The notes under the pieces were generated by a model. The model saw only the letters and a program-made list of their open reading frames with translations. It was not told the origin of the DNA and did no database searches. Below, piece after piece: positions 35,476-43,514 of a stretch of 64,000 nucleotides of DNA. The first letter of the stretch is position 1. The number at the start of each line of letters is the position of its first letter. Both the position numbers and the translations under genes were made by a program. The stretch is from positions 124,001-188,000 of the IMG/VR virus record IMGVR_UViG_3300024239_000014, one strand, 5' to 3'.

Positions 35476-35713
35476 AGATGATTGCTGGTCGGTCTTCGTA
35501 ATGATGCATACCGTACCACTCCTCTCCTACTTCCACCCACATTACCTCGTTACTCTGGAAGACATGATTGGGGTCCTTGTCCAGTATGGCACCTGCCGCC
35601 GGATTGACGTACACCTTCATGTTTTTGTAGAGCCCATGTATAGAGATAAACGACGCGATACGTCGTGAATTAGGGTCATCCAAGTTAAACTTGTATTCAG
35701 GTAGAGTAGGCAC
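35453..35713 (-). CDS. Hypothetical protein (86 aa)
   Basis: GTG start; operon packing. Confidence 0.6.
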   Translation of the reverse strand: MPTLPEYKFNLDDPNSRRIASFISIHGLYKNMKVYVNPAAGAILDKDPNHVFQSNEVMWVEVGEEWYGMHHYEDRPAIIFDKKRTC

Positions 35714-35715
35714 CT

Positions 35716-36291
35716 TTATTTACCTCGGTTCTTGATCGGAAAACATTCGTCCATCGAATGTTCCTCGCGAACACCCTTGCGACGAGATACGAAGTTTTGC
35801 ACAATGTTGTGCCAGCAGACCATCAGTTCAGCGCGCTCATCGTCACTAATCTCGGTAATCATCGCTGTACCGAGAAAACGCTTTAGCAGGGTATTCAGTA
35901 GCGGTGCAAGCTCGTGGGCCGACGTGTTACTGAAATACATCCCTCTAAGGTATTCGCAGATGACGTCCGTAAACGGGATCAGTCTGTTCATGCGTAAGAG
36001 TTCTGATGGTCCAAACCAATTGCGATCGCAGATGCTCGCGTATTCAGAATTGAACCAGGCGAACATGATGTACTTGCGGTTAGTGCTGCTGCTTTCTTCT
36101 GCGGCTGCTGGCTGTTGAACGGGCAATTCATTCAAGACACCTGCAACGACAGATTTGGCAAAAGGCGGTAGCAGCTGAAACAGCTTCTTCAGTTCATCTT
36201 TGATGTTATCGGGCAACTCGTGACGAGAAGCGAGATTACTAACAGTTTCAGCCAGTTCGGCCAGTTTCTTCGGATCGTCTGCAATAGTCAT
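35716..36291 (-). CDS. Hypothetical protein (191 aa)
   Basis: RBS AAGGAG. Confidence 0.7.
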   Translation of the reverse strand: MTIADDPKKLAELAETVSNLASRHELPDNIKDELKKLFQLLPPFAKSVVAGVLNELPVQQPAAAEESSSTNRKYIMFAWFNSEYASICDRNWFGPSELLRMNRLIPFTDVICEYLRGMYFSNTSAHELAPLLNTLLKRFLGTAMITEISDDERAELMVCWHNIVQNFVSRRKGVREEHSMDECFPIKNRGK

Positions 36292-36302
36292 GGGTAGCTC
36301 CT

Positions 36303-36581
36303 TTAGCGACGCCAGCTGCGTCGTCTCTTTTGTTCGTTAAGGGTCTCGTAAAAGGGTTTCGGCTTCTCGGCACTCTTGAGCATTTCGGCGTTAACTGATT
36401 TTACTAAAGCTTCTACGAACCTGGCACTGAATTCGATCTTCCCCGTTCGCCGACCATTACTAGCCACGATCCTGCGGTCGATAGTCATTATCGAAAGGAG
36501 TTGTTTCTCGGTGAATGAAGCGCCGTCGAAGATGATGATCGGTTTATCCTCGCCGGAGTCAGAACTATTTTCCTTAGCCAT
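36303..36581 (-). CDS. Hypothetical protein (92 aa)
   Basis: RBS AAGGA. Confidence 0.65.
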   Translation of the reverse strand: MAKENSSDSGEDKPIIIFDGASFTEKQLLSIMTIDRRIVASNGRRTGKIEFSARFVEALVKSVNAEMLKSAEKPKPFYETLNEQKRRRSWRR

Positions 36582-36599
36582 GATATTATTGTCCTTTAC

Positions 36600-36647
36600 T
36601 AACGGTATAAGAAGGGAGGACCGATCGGTCCTCCCAGTATGCTGTTA
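36600..36647. terminator. Hairpin with the motif on both strands
   Basis: TAACGGTATA..GGGAGGACC-GATC-GGTCCTCCC..TATGCTGTTA. Confidence 0.7.
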
Positions 36648-36668
36648 CGTCTTTCCGTGACTACATCG

Positions 36669-37235
36669 TCAACCAATATCAATAAGGAACAATGACGACT
36701 GATGCAACGCTCCCAGCCATTCAACCAGCTTGGCGAATTCGGTGTCACTGGTCGCAGCTGGGTATACGTAGTTCACCGGTGCGGCTGTGGGTTGCACAAA
36801 CGACACTGTGAACGCCTGGCCCGGATGCTCTTGGATGTATGTCGCCAAGGCATACGTGATTTCATTCAGCGTGTGGTTTCTGAACTGGATAACGCCATCA
36901 CCCGTAGACACCCAGACCACATACGGCGGATGTGGTAGTCGCCGCGGGTTGATGATCGATTCGTCCAGTTCAGCTGTGCGCTGACGATACAGTCGGTCCA
37001 GCATAGCAGACAGTTCGGTAATCGCCGTATTGCGGTCAATCCCCGGGATCAATCTCTGCATCTGAAGGACATATTGGTCCACCCGTTCAGCATCGGCGTA
37101 AATCGCCTTAGGGTTGACTTCCACTAACTGATCAGGAATCGCACCTGGATCAGTACTGGCCAGCTCACCCAGTGAAGCTGTACCATCTCCTTCGCCCAAC
37201 ACTGTCGCCAGATCGGTTTCACCGCTCATGTTCAA
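36669..37235 (-). CDS. Hypothetical protein (188 aa)
   Basis: Overlaps the upstream stop. Confidence 0.7.
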   Translation of the reverse strand: MNMSGETDLATVLGEGDGTASLGELASTDPGAIPDQLVEVNPKAIYADAERVDQYVLQMQRLIPGIDRNTAITELSAMLDRLYRQRTAELDESIINPRRLPHPPYVVWVSTGDGVIQFRNHTLNEITYALATYIQEHPGQAFTVSFVQPTAAPVNYVYPAATSDTEFAKLVEWLGALHQSSLFLIDIG

Positions 37236-37801
37236 AACCCTTCTTGCTTTTCGGGGATGACGATATAATGCGGATGTTCATCCGCACAGATTTGCGCCAG
37301 GAAGATCGGAGCCGCTTTCGGGTAGCTAATCGAATAGATACATTTACCCGATGGCAACTCAATCAACTGGTGTAGCAGCTCGCCGGTGTAGATTTCACTC
37401 AAACCAGTGAGGAGTTCTTCAGCAAAGAGCGATACTGCTGAGATGGCTGCATTCTGCGGGGAACCATCGTTCTCCGGACGCTGACGGTTCATCACCATCT
37501 CCACCATTTCCTGAGTACGGATAGCTTCCACACCAGGGATATCAAACAGATGCATCAGGGTATCGCCAGATTGATCCGCCAGAAGCGGTTTATCTGGAGT
37601 CATCTTCACCAGCATGGCAAAGATATTGCCAACAAGGTTGCAGTGGATCACCGAGACCTTGTAATCGTTGTGCGGCAGGTGTGGAGTGATCGACTTAATC
37701 AGCGGCATGATAGAATGGGTCATGCCCGTCAGGTCGACATCGCTATTGGTCGGACCGCAACGCGGGAGAGATGCAGTGGTGGTCACGTAGTAGAACAGCA
37801 T
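37232..37801 (-). CDS. Hypothetical protein (189 aa)
   Basis: Start reassigned to MLFYY (RBS AAGGA). Confidence 0.7.
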   Translation of the reverse strand: MLFYYVTTTASLPRCGPTNSDVDLTGMTHSIMPLIKSITPHLPHNDYKVSVIHCNLVGNIFAMLVKMTPDKPLLADQSGDTLMHLFDIPGVEAIRTQEMVEMVMNRQRPENDGSPQNAAISAVSLFAEELLTGLSEIYTGELLHQLIELPSGKCIYSISYPKAAPIFLAQICADEHPHYIVIPEKQEGF

Positions 37802-37951
37802 GGGGAAGATCCTTATTGTTTTTGGGGTAAGTGAGGACAAAAGGCAGTGACGAAATACGGGTAGCCGCCTAAGTCGGTCAAATCGTTGTCAATGGTTTCA
37901 CACAACGACTCAACCGACTCAATGGTAGCAGTGATAGAAAGCCGCGTTTCA

Positions 37952-38803
37952 TCACACAGGGTCTGCGCTTTCAGAAACAGGTTCTGAAGCGTCGTTTTCT
38001 GCTTGGGCTTCACGGGTCGCCTTGGTGGTATCAAAGTCAGGCCAGGTCGGTACAGCAGTGAACATGATGTTCATTTCAAACTGGTTCAGATACTTGAGCC
38101 ATTCTTCCTTGGTCTTGTTCAAACGACCCGGATTGATGACTTCGATATCCACCAACGTCATTGGCACATTGGCTGATACCGCATCAGTAAACGGCGAGCT
38201 TTGTTTCCACACGTCAAACCAGAAGTCAAACGTGACGGTGAGCTCCAGTTCCGCACCAGTTTGCTTAATCAGCTGCAGTGCTTTAATCGGTGATTTACCA
38301 GAAACAATCACCTTACCGGTAGCTTTACCTTCTAACCGGAGCTCATTATCCTCGATCGGTTTCAGGACAATGAACGACGTCTCTGTGATCGTGCTGAACA
38401 GTTCGCGGGTATTGCTGCTCTTACCGGTAGCATAGCAGCGCGCTTTATCGATCAAAGCTACCTTTGGCAATAGTTGGCCGATGTCTTCATCTGGAAAGCG
38501 TTCGTGTCCCATCCGCCCAGCAGCTTGGTAGTTAATCAAGGCTTCACGATTTGCTGTGCTCTTCAGACGACTACCTGGCAGGTACATGCAGATGCGCGCT
38601 ACGTCTTCTTTGGCATAGCTCACTTCTTTGTTTGACATCGACTGGTGATGAGGTGCCCAGTGATTTTCAGCTGAGATGAAGTCACAGGGGCCAATATGTC
38701 GACCATTCTTCAATTCCAGGCTGTATGCCGAAGTGGGGTAAACTGGTGTATCCGCATCGACCCAAACGCCGAAGTCGTAACACGCGTGATTAAAGGTAGC
38801 CAT
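37952..38803 (-). CDS. Hypothetical protein (283 aa)
   Basis: Start reassigned to MATFNH (RBS AGGAAG). Confidence 0.7.
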   Translation of the reverse strand: MATFNHACYDFGVWVDADTPVYPTSAYSLELKNGRHIGPCDFISAENHWAPHHQSMSNKEVSYAKEDVARICMYLPGSRLKSTANREALINYQAAGRMGHERFPDEDIGQLLPKVALIDKARCYATGKSSNTRELFSTITETSFIVLKPIEDNELRLEGKATGKVIVSGKSPIKALQLIKQTGAELELTVTFDFWFDVWKQSSPFTDAVSANVPMTLVDIEVINPGRLNKTKEEWLKYLNQFEMNIMFTAVPTWPDFDTTKATREAQAENDASEPVSESADPV

Positions 38804-39209
38804 ATCGTTTCTTCTTCCTGTATTCAACAAGGTGGTTAAGGTAGGTTTCAAAAAGGTCGACGGTTTCGGCTGTATACGTCAAAACCATAAACACACCTTT
38901 CTCAGCGAAGCTTTCGCCAAGAAAAACACTACCTGTTTTTAATTGTTGGCTGTCTCGAGGTAACTTGTAACGGATGACAAACTGTCCCGATACCGGTACT
39001 TTCTGAGGCCCGTAGATAATGGTCTGCGTGAATGCACCCGTTCCCACAAAGTGGATAGGCATTACCACTTCGCGAGGGATTGGGTAACGTTCGGTGTACA
39101 GGATTTCGCCATTACCGTCGATGAGGTCGAGTGCCTCAAGCTTGATCGGCGGAGGTGGTAACCTTCGGTGCCCGACACGGAGTGTCACAGACCCATTCGA
39201 GTGCGTCAT
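38790..39209 (-). CDS. Hypothetical protein (up to 139 aa; start uncertain)
   Basis: Fills the operon gap. Confidence 0.6.
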   Translation of the reverse strand: MTHSNGSVTLRVGHRRLPPPPIKLEALDLIDGNGEILYTERYPIPREVVMPIHFVGTGAFTQTIIYGPQKVPVSGQFVIRYKLPRDSQQLKTGSVFLGESFAEKGVFMVLTYTAETVDLFETYLNHLVEYRKKKRYGYL

Positions 39210-39384
39210 ATTTACCTACCAACACCCCGAAGGCGAGCTTGATGCGAAACCAAAGACCATCGAAACGGTGATTTACGGGACGGGCTGCACACCAGACGTC
39301 GTGCAACTCACCGTTCGCTGCCTTTCGTTTGTAGCACGTTTGCACCGACCAGTTCACCATTTCATCTGCGTTATACAGCGCCAT
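39136..39384 (-). CDS. Small phage protein (82 aa)
   Basis: W.AARP...RIKLAFGVLVGKYDALEW pattern; RBS GAGG. Confidence 0.65.
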   Translation of the reverse strand: MALYNADEMVNWSVQTCYKRKAANGELHDVWCAARPVNHRFDGLWFRIKLAFGVLVGKYDALEWVCDTPCRAPKVTTSADQA

Positions 39385-39586
39385 CGGCCTGCCCCTCTTC
39401 CTTGGTTTCGATCAGGTTGTTGACTTCGGTGATGCTGTAGTCGCAACCGCAGTACGCACAGCCATCAGGACACGTGGTGGATTCGGGCAACAACTCCTTC
39501 GAATACTCCAGACGATTCCCTTGAAAACCGTTGCAGTACTCGCACCAGCCATTGTAGAACTTGTCTACGCGATATACGTAAATCAT
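39371..39586 (-). CDS. Small Zn-finger protein (71 aa)
   Basis: CEYC and CPDGCAYC; RBS AAGGAG. Confidence 0.7.
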   Translation of the reverse strand: MIYVYRVDKFYNGWCEYCNGFQGNRLEYSKELLPESTTCPDGCAYCGCDYSITEVNNLIETKEEGQADGAV

Positions 39587-39642
39587 GAGTAGGCTCCTTT
39601 TGCATACATGGGAATGATACGTTTGTATTGACAGCGTCAGTT

Positions 39643-39658
39643 CACAGCGGTAATGTAG
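39643..39658 (-). promoter_or_regulatory. Putative early promoter
   Basis: CTACATTAC-CGCT-GTG with an AT-rich upstream element. Confidence 0.75.
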
Positions 39659-39674
39659 ATCTTAAATAATTTAG

Positions 39675-39737
39675 CAAAAAAAAATTCTACCGACGCACGT
39701 CTACCTACAGACCGGAGTCTGGGTTACATGCGTCGGA
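39675..39737 (-). terminator. Long two-tier hairpin with T-tract (terminator or sRNA 3' end)
   Basis: CCGACGCATGT/ACGTGCGTCGG outer stem, CAGAC-TCCG-GTCTG inner stem, then a T-run. Confidence 0.6.
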
Positions 39738-39750
39738 TTATAACGGCCTT

Positions 39751-39825
39751 TTACCGGGCCGGGACGGTCGGGTAGTCGCCCTGGCGTACAGGGTCTACCC
39801 GGCGGAGCACTTCATCCCACTCCAT
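39751..39825 (-). CDS. 24 aa micro-ORF MEWDEVLRRVDPVRQGDYPTVPAR (not in ORF track)
   Basis: Perfect SD AAGGAGGT 4 nt before the ATG. Confidence 0.55.
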   Translation of the reverse strand: MEWDEVLRRVDPVRQGDYPTVPAR

Positions 39826-39897
39826 AATTACCTCCTTAGGCTAAAGTTAAGAAACACCCCCCGGAATTGTTTTACTAGCCTCCGCGGACTAGGACCC

Positions 39898-40131
39898 TTA
39901 CGCCACGAGGTCGGTGTGCTCTTCCAGAGCTGCGAGTAGGTCAACCAACTTCATGTTGTAACCCACTTCGTTCCGCGTCCATACGGAAAAAACATAGCGC
40001 TCTTCCTCCACCAGCGCAACATCCGTATTCTCCGTCCCGTCTGGTGTGAACATCCGGGATGTCTGCAGGCGGAACAGGAAAGTCCAATCATCCTTGTCAA
40101 ACGTATCGGCGTTGGCTTTAGTGATCAACAT
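39898..40131 (-). CDS. Small acidic protein (77 aa)
   Basis: Start reassigned to MLITKA (RBS AGGAGG). Confidence 0.7.
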   Translation of the reverse strand: MLITKANADTFDKDDWTFLFRLQTSRMFTPDGTENTDVALVEEERYVFSVWTRNEVGYNMKLVDLLAALEEHTDLVA

Positions 40132-40277
40132 GCTGGCCTCCTGGGCTCCGGGGAATTGGTTGGTACACCGTGTTTCTCTGTTCTGTTTCCAAGTCGCCCG
40201 CCACGTGCGGTCACCTGCGCTTTTCAGCAGGTGCAAGACTCAGCCCGACTTTACGGGTAGGTGCTCTGTCGGTCCGC

Positions 40278-40577
40278 TTACTGGCGTTCGATCAGCATCG
40301 CAGTTACACCGATGGCCAGAATTTCTTCTGCGGTGTACTCACGGCCGAACTCCGTGCGACCCATGACTTTAAGGCTCAGAGCCTGGTCATAGCCGTCACA
40401 GACAGAACGATCAGCAGTCGGCTCAATCCCCAGAACCCGCACAGTGGAGTGACCCACGTAGTTCTTAGGATTGTGGGTTTTCACCCACTCCGCAGCTTCC
40501 TCGAGGGAAATGTAGCGCATGGTGTACGCACCTTCCTCGAGCAGCATCGGAGTCGACAGAATGACGTTTCGGGTCAT
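40278..40577 (-). CDS. acrIII-1: DUF1874 / AcrIII-1-like viral ring nuclease (99 aa)
   Basis: ILSTPMLLEEGAY..ISLEEA.EW, YVGH43ST, DR57, DQAL, GR74TEFGREYTAEEI; matches the STIV B116/YddF pattern from memory; RBS AAGGA. Confidence 0.72.
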   Translation of the reverse strand: MTRNVILSTPMLLEEGAYTMRYISLEEAAEWVKTHNPKNYVGHSTVRVLGIEPTADRSVCDGYDQALSLKVMGRTEFGREYTAEEILAIGVTAMLIERQ

Positions 40578-40661
40578 GTCGCTTTCCTTTGTTGGTTAAT
40601 CTTCCTCTTGCGAGGGCCCCAGAATTATTTTACCAGCTTCCGTGGGCTGGGGTGTTAGCCT

Positions 40662-41159
40662 TTAGTGGAAAGATGATGGCCCGCGCGACACAAGCTCGCA
40701 GAACATGGTGAAGGCACCATCCTTGGAGAAGAAGATAGGAGAGATAATCTCCTTGATTTTCTCCCCCTTCTCGGTAATCTCGATAATCTCTTCATGCGAA
40801 GACCGGTAAGCGTCCATGCTCTCGAAAAAGGCCTTGAACTTCTCGGTTTCAACAACCGAGAGTTGACCGAGCACCCCACCGGCCAAGGCGGCGACCGCCG
40901 CCAGCTCGGCGTCCATGACAGGGATTGCCTGGAAGGCGATGCACGCCTCCAGGTTATCGGCCAACTCTGGGAACAACTCGCGAGAGCTGTTCACCCACAG
41001 CTTGGCTGCTTCCAAGTCAGAGCTGGTGTACACCAGCTCTTCTGGAACTACCAGCTCACCCATGAAGGGGGTGAGCTTGGCGACGGCGTCATCGCCGTAG
41101 GTGGCGGCGATGGCGGTACGGAGCGCGGCGATGGTGGTAGTGGTGTCGATAGTATTCAT
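40662..41159 (-). CDS. Acidic hypothetical protein (165 aa), paralogue of 41315..41794
   Basis: Start reassigned (RBS GAGGA); first gene after the promoter; visibly GC-richer codons. Confidence 0.7.
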   Translation of the reverse strand: MNTIDTTTTIAALRTAIAATYGDDAVAKLTPFMGELVVPEELVYTSSDLEAAKLWVNSSRELFPELADNLEACIAFQAIPVMDAELAAVAALAGGVLGQLSVVETEKFKAFFESMDAYRSSHEEIIEITEKGEKIKEIISPIFFSKDGAFTMFCELVSRGPSSFH

Positions 41160-41223
41160 GTCGTAATCCTCTTTTTTGTTCACGTTGTGGAAGCGAGTTT
41201 CCAGTGCACTCGAGCTTCCGGCT

Positions 41224-41239
41224 CACCTTAACGATATAG
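41224..41239 (-). promoter_or_regulatory. Putative early promoter heading the acrIII-1-like operon
   Basis: CTATATCGT-TAAG-GTG with an AT-rich upstream element. Confidence 0.65.
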
Positions 41240-41270
41240 GTTTGAGATTTTTTGGGATTCGATTTTGATG

Positions 41271-41311
41271 AAAAAAAGAGGAGAGGGAAATCCCTCTCCT
41301 CCTATACCGTT
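41271..41311 (-). terminator. Motif-led hairpin with U-tract
   Basis: AACGGTATAG then a GAGGAGAGGGA/TCCCTCTCCTC stem and T7. Confidence 0.8.
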
Positions 41312-41314
41312 GCG

Positions 41315-41794
41315 TTAACGGTATTTGCAATGTTTCACGAGGTCGTAATAAGCCATGTCGGTATACATCCCCATGTGGCAGCACAGAAAGTCCGTTTCCG
41401 ATTTAGCGTCACGAGTGACGACGCTGCAGTAAAATCCCGATGACGCCCTTTCTGCGGTTACTCTGACCGCTTGGAAAACGTCACGGTTGTTAGGTGAGTC
41501 CCCGTAGGCGCCGGCAAGTAAATGAGCAGCTGCTTTGACATTATCAATACGACCGTCGTCGTCTACCGCATCCAGTAGATACATCCCCATGAATTCCATC
41601 GCGAGTTCGTCACTACCGGAACGTTCCACACACTCGTCGATTGCATCGATTAACAGCATGCGTTCTACGACCGACAATCGCAATCCTTCCGGGATTATGA
41701 GCGACGGCAGCACCTTCGCTAATCGTTCGATTGAGTCAGCACCAAACTCAGCACGTAACCGCGAATAGAGTCGTTCTCGCAATTGAGCGTTCAT
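41315..41794 (-). CDS. Hypothetical protein (159 aa), paralogue of 40662..41159
   Basis: Start reassigned to MNAQLRE (RBS GAGGGAG). Confidence 0.7.
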   Translation of the reverse strand: MNAQLRERLYSRLRAEFGADSIERLAKVLPSLIIPEGLRLSVVERMLLIDAIDECVERSGSDELAMEFMGMYLLDAVDDDGRIDNVKAAAHLLAGAYGDSPNNRDVFQAVRVTAERASSGFYCSVVTRDAKSETDFLCCHMGMYTDMAYYDLVKHCKYR

Positions 41795-41804
41795 ATCTCC
41801 CTCG

Positions 41805-42854
41805 TTACTTGACGATGTAGGACGTCGCTTCTCGCAGAACAGCCGCATCGGCCTCGTTCGACGAAAATATCCACCACTCACCAGGATGTGCCTCCGACAT
41901 GTCCATTATAAAGCCCGTCAGATAAGGCAAGCGATCCAGAAATTCCTTTTCGGTGCCAATTACTTGAAAGATCGGGACTTCTCCTTCTTCGGTGATCGGC
42001 AGCTCAAGTTTGCCAGTGCGCTCCCCTATAATCGAAAAACGAGTATTGTGGTGCATCAGTTTATTCCACGTTCTCTCGGACAAACTAGTTACCAAGAAAT
42101 GGACACCGCCATAGAACTGAGGGAAACTGCCGTCATCTGGAACCGACTTAGCCGCCGATTCAAGTAGAGTCTGGTAAACGCCGCGAGGAGTGTAGTTCGG
42201 CGGGACAGTCGGAATCTTCTGCGGTGCGTTAAGGTACCAGTTGGTGTTGTAATACACCCGGATGATAACCAACCCGTCGGTAGCGTACTCAATGAAGCTA
42301 AGACCACCGCCGGTTTTAGCGAGGGCTGCCACCAGCCATGTACGAATCAACTCCCCAGTGAAAGGAACGACCCCTTCCAGCCTCCAGCTGATGCTGAACT
42401 TGCCGTCGCCGATATCTGGGATTTTATCCCAGTGCATTGGCTCGTCAACAATGAACGATACAAGCGACTTGATGTCGCCAAATTCACGCGGATCGGGACA
42501 GGTGTCTGGCGATGCCTTCACTGGTCGTGAAAAACGATACGAGCTACCTTCACCATCTTCAATATCGAAGAGCTCGTTACCGCCGAGTTCTGCAATCACC
42601 TTCAGTACGCACTCTGAAGCTTGCAGGGTACCGAGGTACCACTGAGTCGTCAGCTCACGGCAACGCGACGTAGACAGACGGTTGCCCTTGTATGTCAAAG
42701 CATGCAGGGTCTGAGAAAACGCCTGGCTCAACAGCACCTGGGTTTCATTGGCATAAAAGTCGCCGGCGGTAAGTACCGCAGTGCGTTTCTTCAGATCAGT
42801 GTAGTTTTCCCAGAGCTTAACGAGGTCGGGAAGTAAGGCTTTGGTAAGTTCCAT
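41805..42854 (-). CDS. Hypothetical protein (349 aa)
   Basis: RBS GAGGA. Confidence 0.75.
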   Translation of the reverse strand: MELTKALLPDLVKLWENYTDLKKRTAVLTAGDFYANETQVLLSQAFSQTLHALTYKGNRLSTSRCRELTTQWYLGTLQASECVLKVIAELGGNELFDIEDGEGSSYRFSRPVKASPDTCPDPREFGDIKSLVSFIVDEPMHWDKIPDIGDGKFSISWRLEGVVPFTGELIRTWLVAALAKTGGGLSFIEYATDGLVIIRVYYNTNWYLNAPQKIPTVPPNYTPRGVYQTLLESAAKSVPDDGSFPQFYGGVHFLVTSLSERTWNKLMHHNTRFSIIGERTGKLELPITEEGEVPIFQVIGTEKEFLDRLPYLTGFIMDMSEAHPGEWWIFSSNEADAAVLREATSYIVK

Positions 42855-42870
42855 GTACGATTCCTCAGGT

Positions 42871-42903
42871 TACGGCATAGGAGAGAGGACACCCTCTCTC
42901 CTC
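42871..42903 (+). terminator. Motif-led hairpin oriented against the flanking genes
   Basis: TACGGCATAG then a GAGAGAGG/CCTCTCTC stem. Confidence 0.6.
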
Positions 42904-42912
42904 GTGGTTGGA

Positions 42913-43167
42913 TTATTCAGCCAGTTCTACAGCTTCATTGGGGATGTGGACGAAGATCCACGATGGCTTTTCACCGCCAGCATATTTGTAGTCCTGGTAG
43001 TCGTAGTACATCTGCGTGAACTCAGGAGACTGAGCTGCTGCAGCTTCGATCTTCTTTTTGCTTTTTTGCCCTTCATTCCAAACACCGCTGCGATTGGACT
43101 TGATATAGTCCCAGTTGTGTTTGAGAAGGAGGGAAATAAACTCATTACGAGACAACCTGCGGGCCAT
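42913..43167 (-). CDS. Small phage protein (84 aa)
   Basis: HNWDY..S....W..G pattern; start reassigned (RBS AAGGAG). Confidence 0.7.
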   Translation of the reverse strand: MARRLSRNEFISLLLKHNWDYIKSNRSGVWNEGQKSKKKIEAAAAQSPEFTQMYYDYQDYKYAGGEKPSWIFVHIPNEAVELAE

Positions 43168-43204
43168 GTTAACGCGGTCTCCTTGACCAATGATGATTAA
43201 CAAA

Positions 43205-43471
43205 CTATTTGTCGACTTCAACACACTCGATGTAGAGCGTACCGCTCTCAGCAATCGAACGAGTCTTCTTGGGCAGGAACTTCACCTTGCTTCTAAAGGC
43301 GGCTAACTTACCACCAACCACCAGACTCACACGGACGGATTCGGTCAGGTTGATCGACGGGCTGAACCGATGGGTTTCTTCTTCAGAAAACACCACAGGG
43401 TCAGTTCGCGATTTCTCTTTGCCCACTTGGACGCGAATCTCCAGCAGGTAAGTGTACAATTTCTCAGTCAT
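43205..43471 (-). CDS. Small hypothetical protein (88 aa)
   Basis: First gene after the promoter. Confidence 0.65.
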   Translation of the reverse strand: MTEKLYTYLLEIRVQVGKEKSRTDPVVFSEEETHRFSPSINLTESVRVSLVVGGKLAAFRSKVKFLPKKTRSIAESGTLYIECVEVDK

Positions 43472-43496
43472 GGTGGTATCTCGGTTACACCTGATT

Positions 43497-43512
43497 CACA
43501 CTGGTGATGTAG
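43497..43512 (-). promoter_or_regulatory. Putative early promoter
   Basis: CTACATCAC-CAGT-GTG. Confidence 0.7.
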
Positions 43513-43514
43513 GG

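Noticed and set aside
36303-36581. GRRTGK as a P-loop or terminase remnant
   Set aside because: No preceding hydrophobic strand of the right kind and no Walker B; probably chance
37813-38034. 73 aa minus-strand ORF bridging two genes
   Set aside because: Overlaps the upstream gene by 83 nt with no clear RBS; a shorter real gene cannot be excluded
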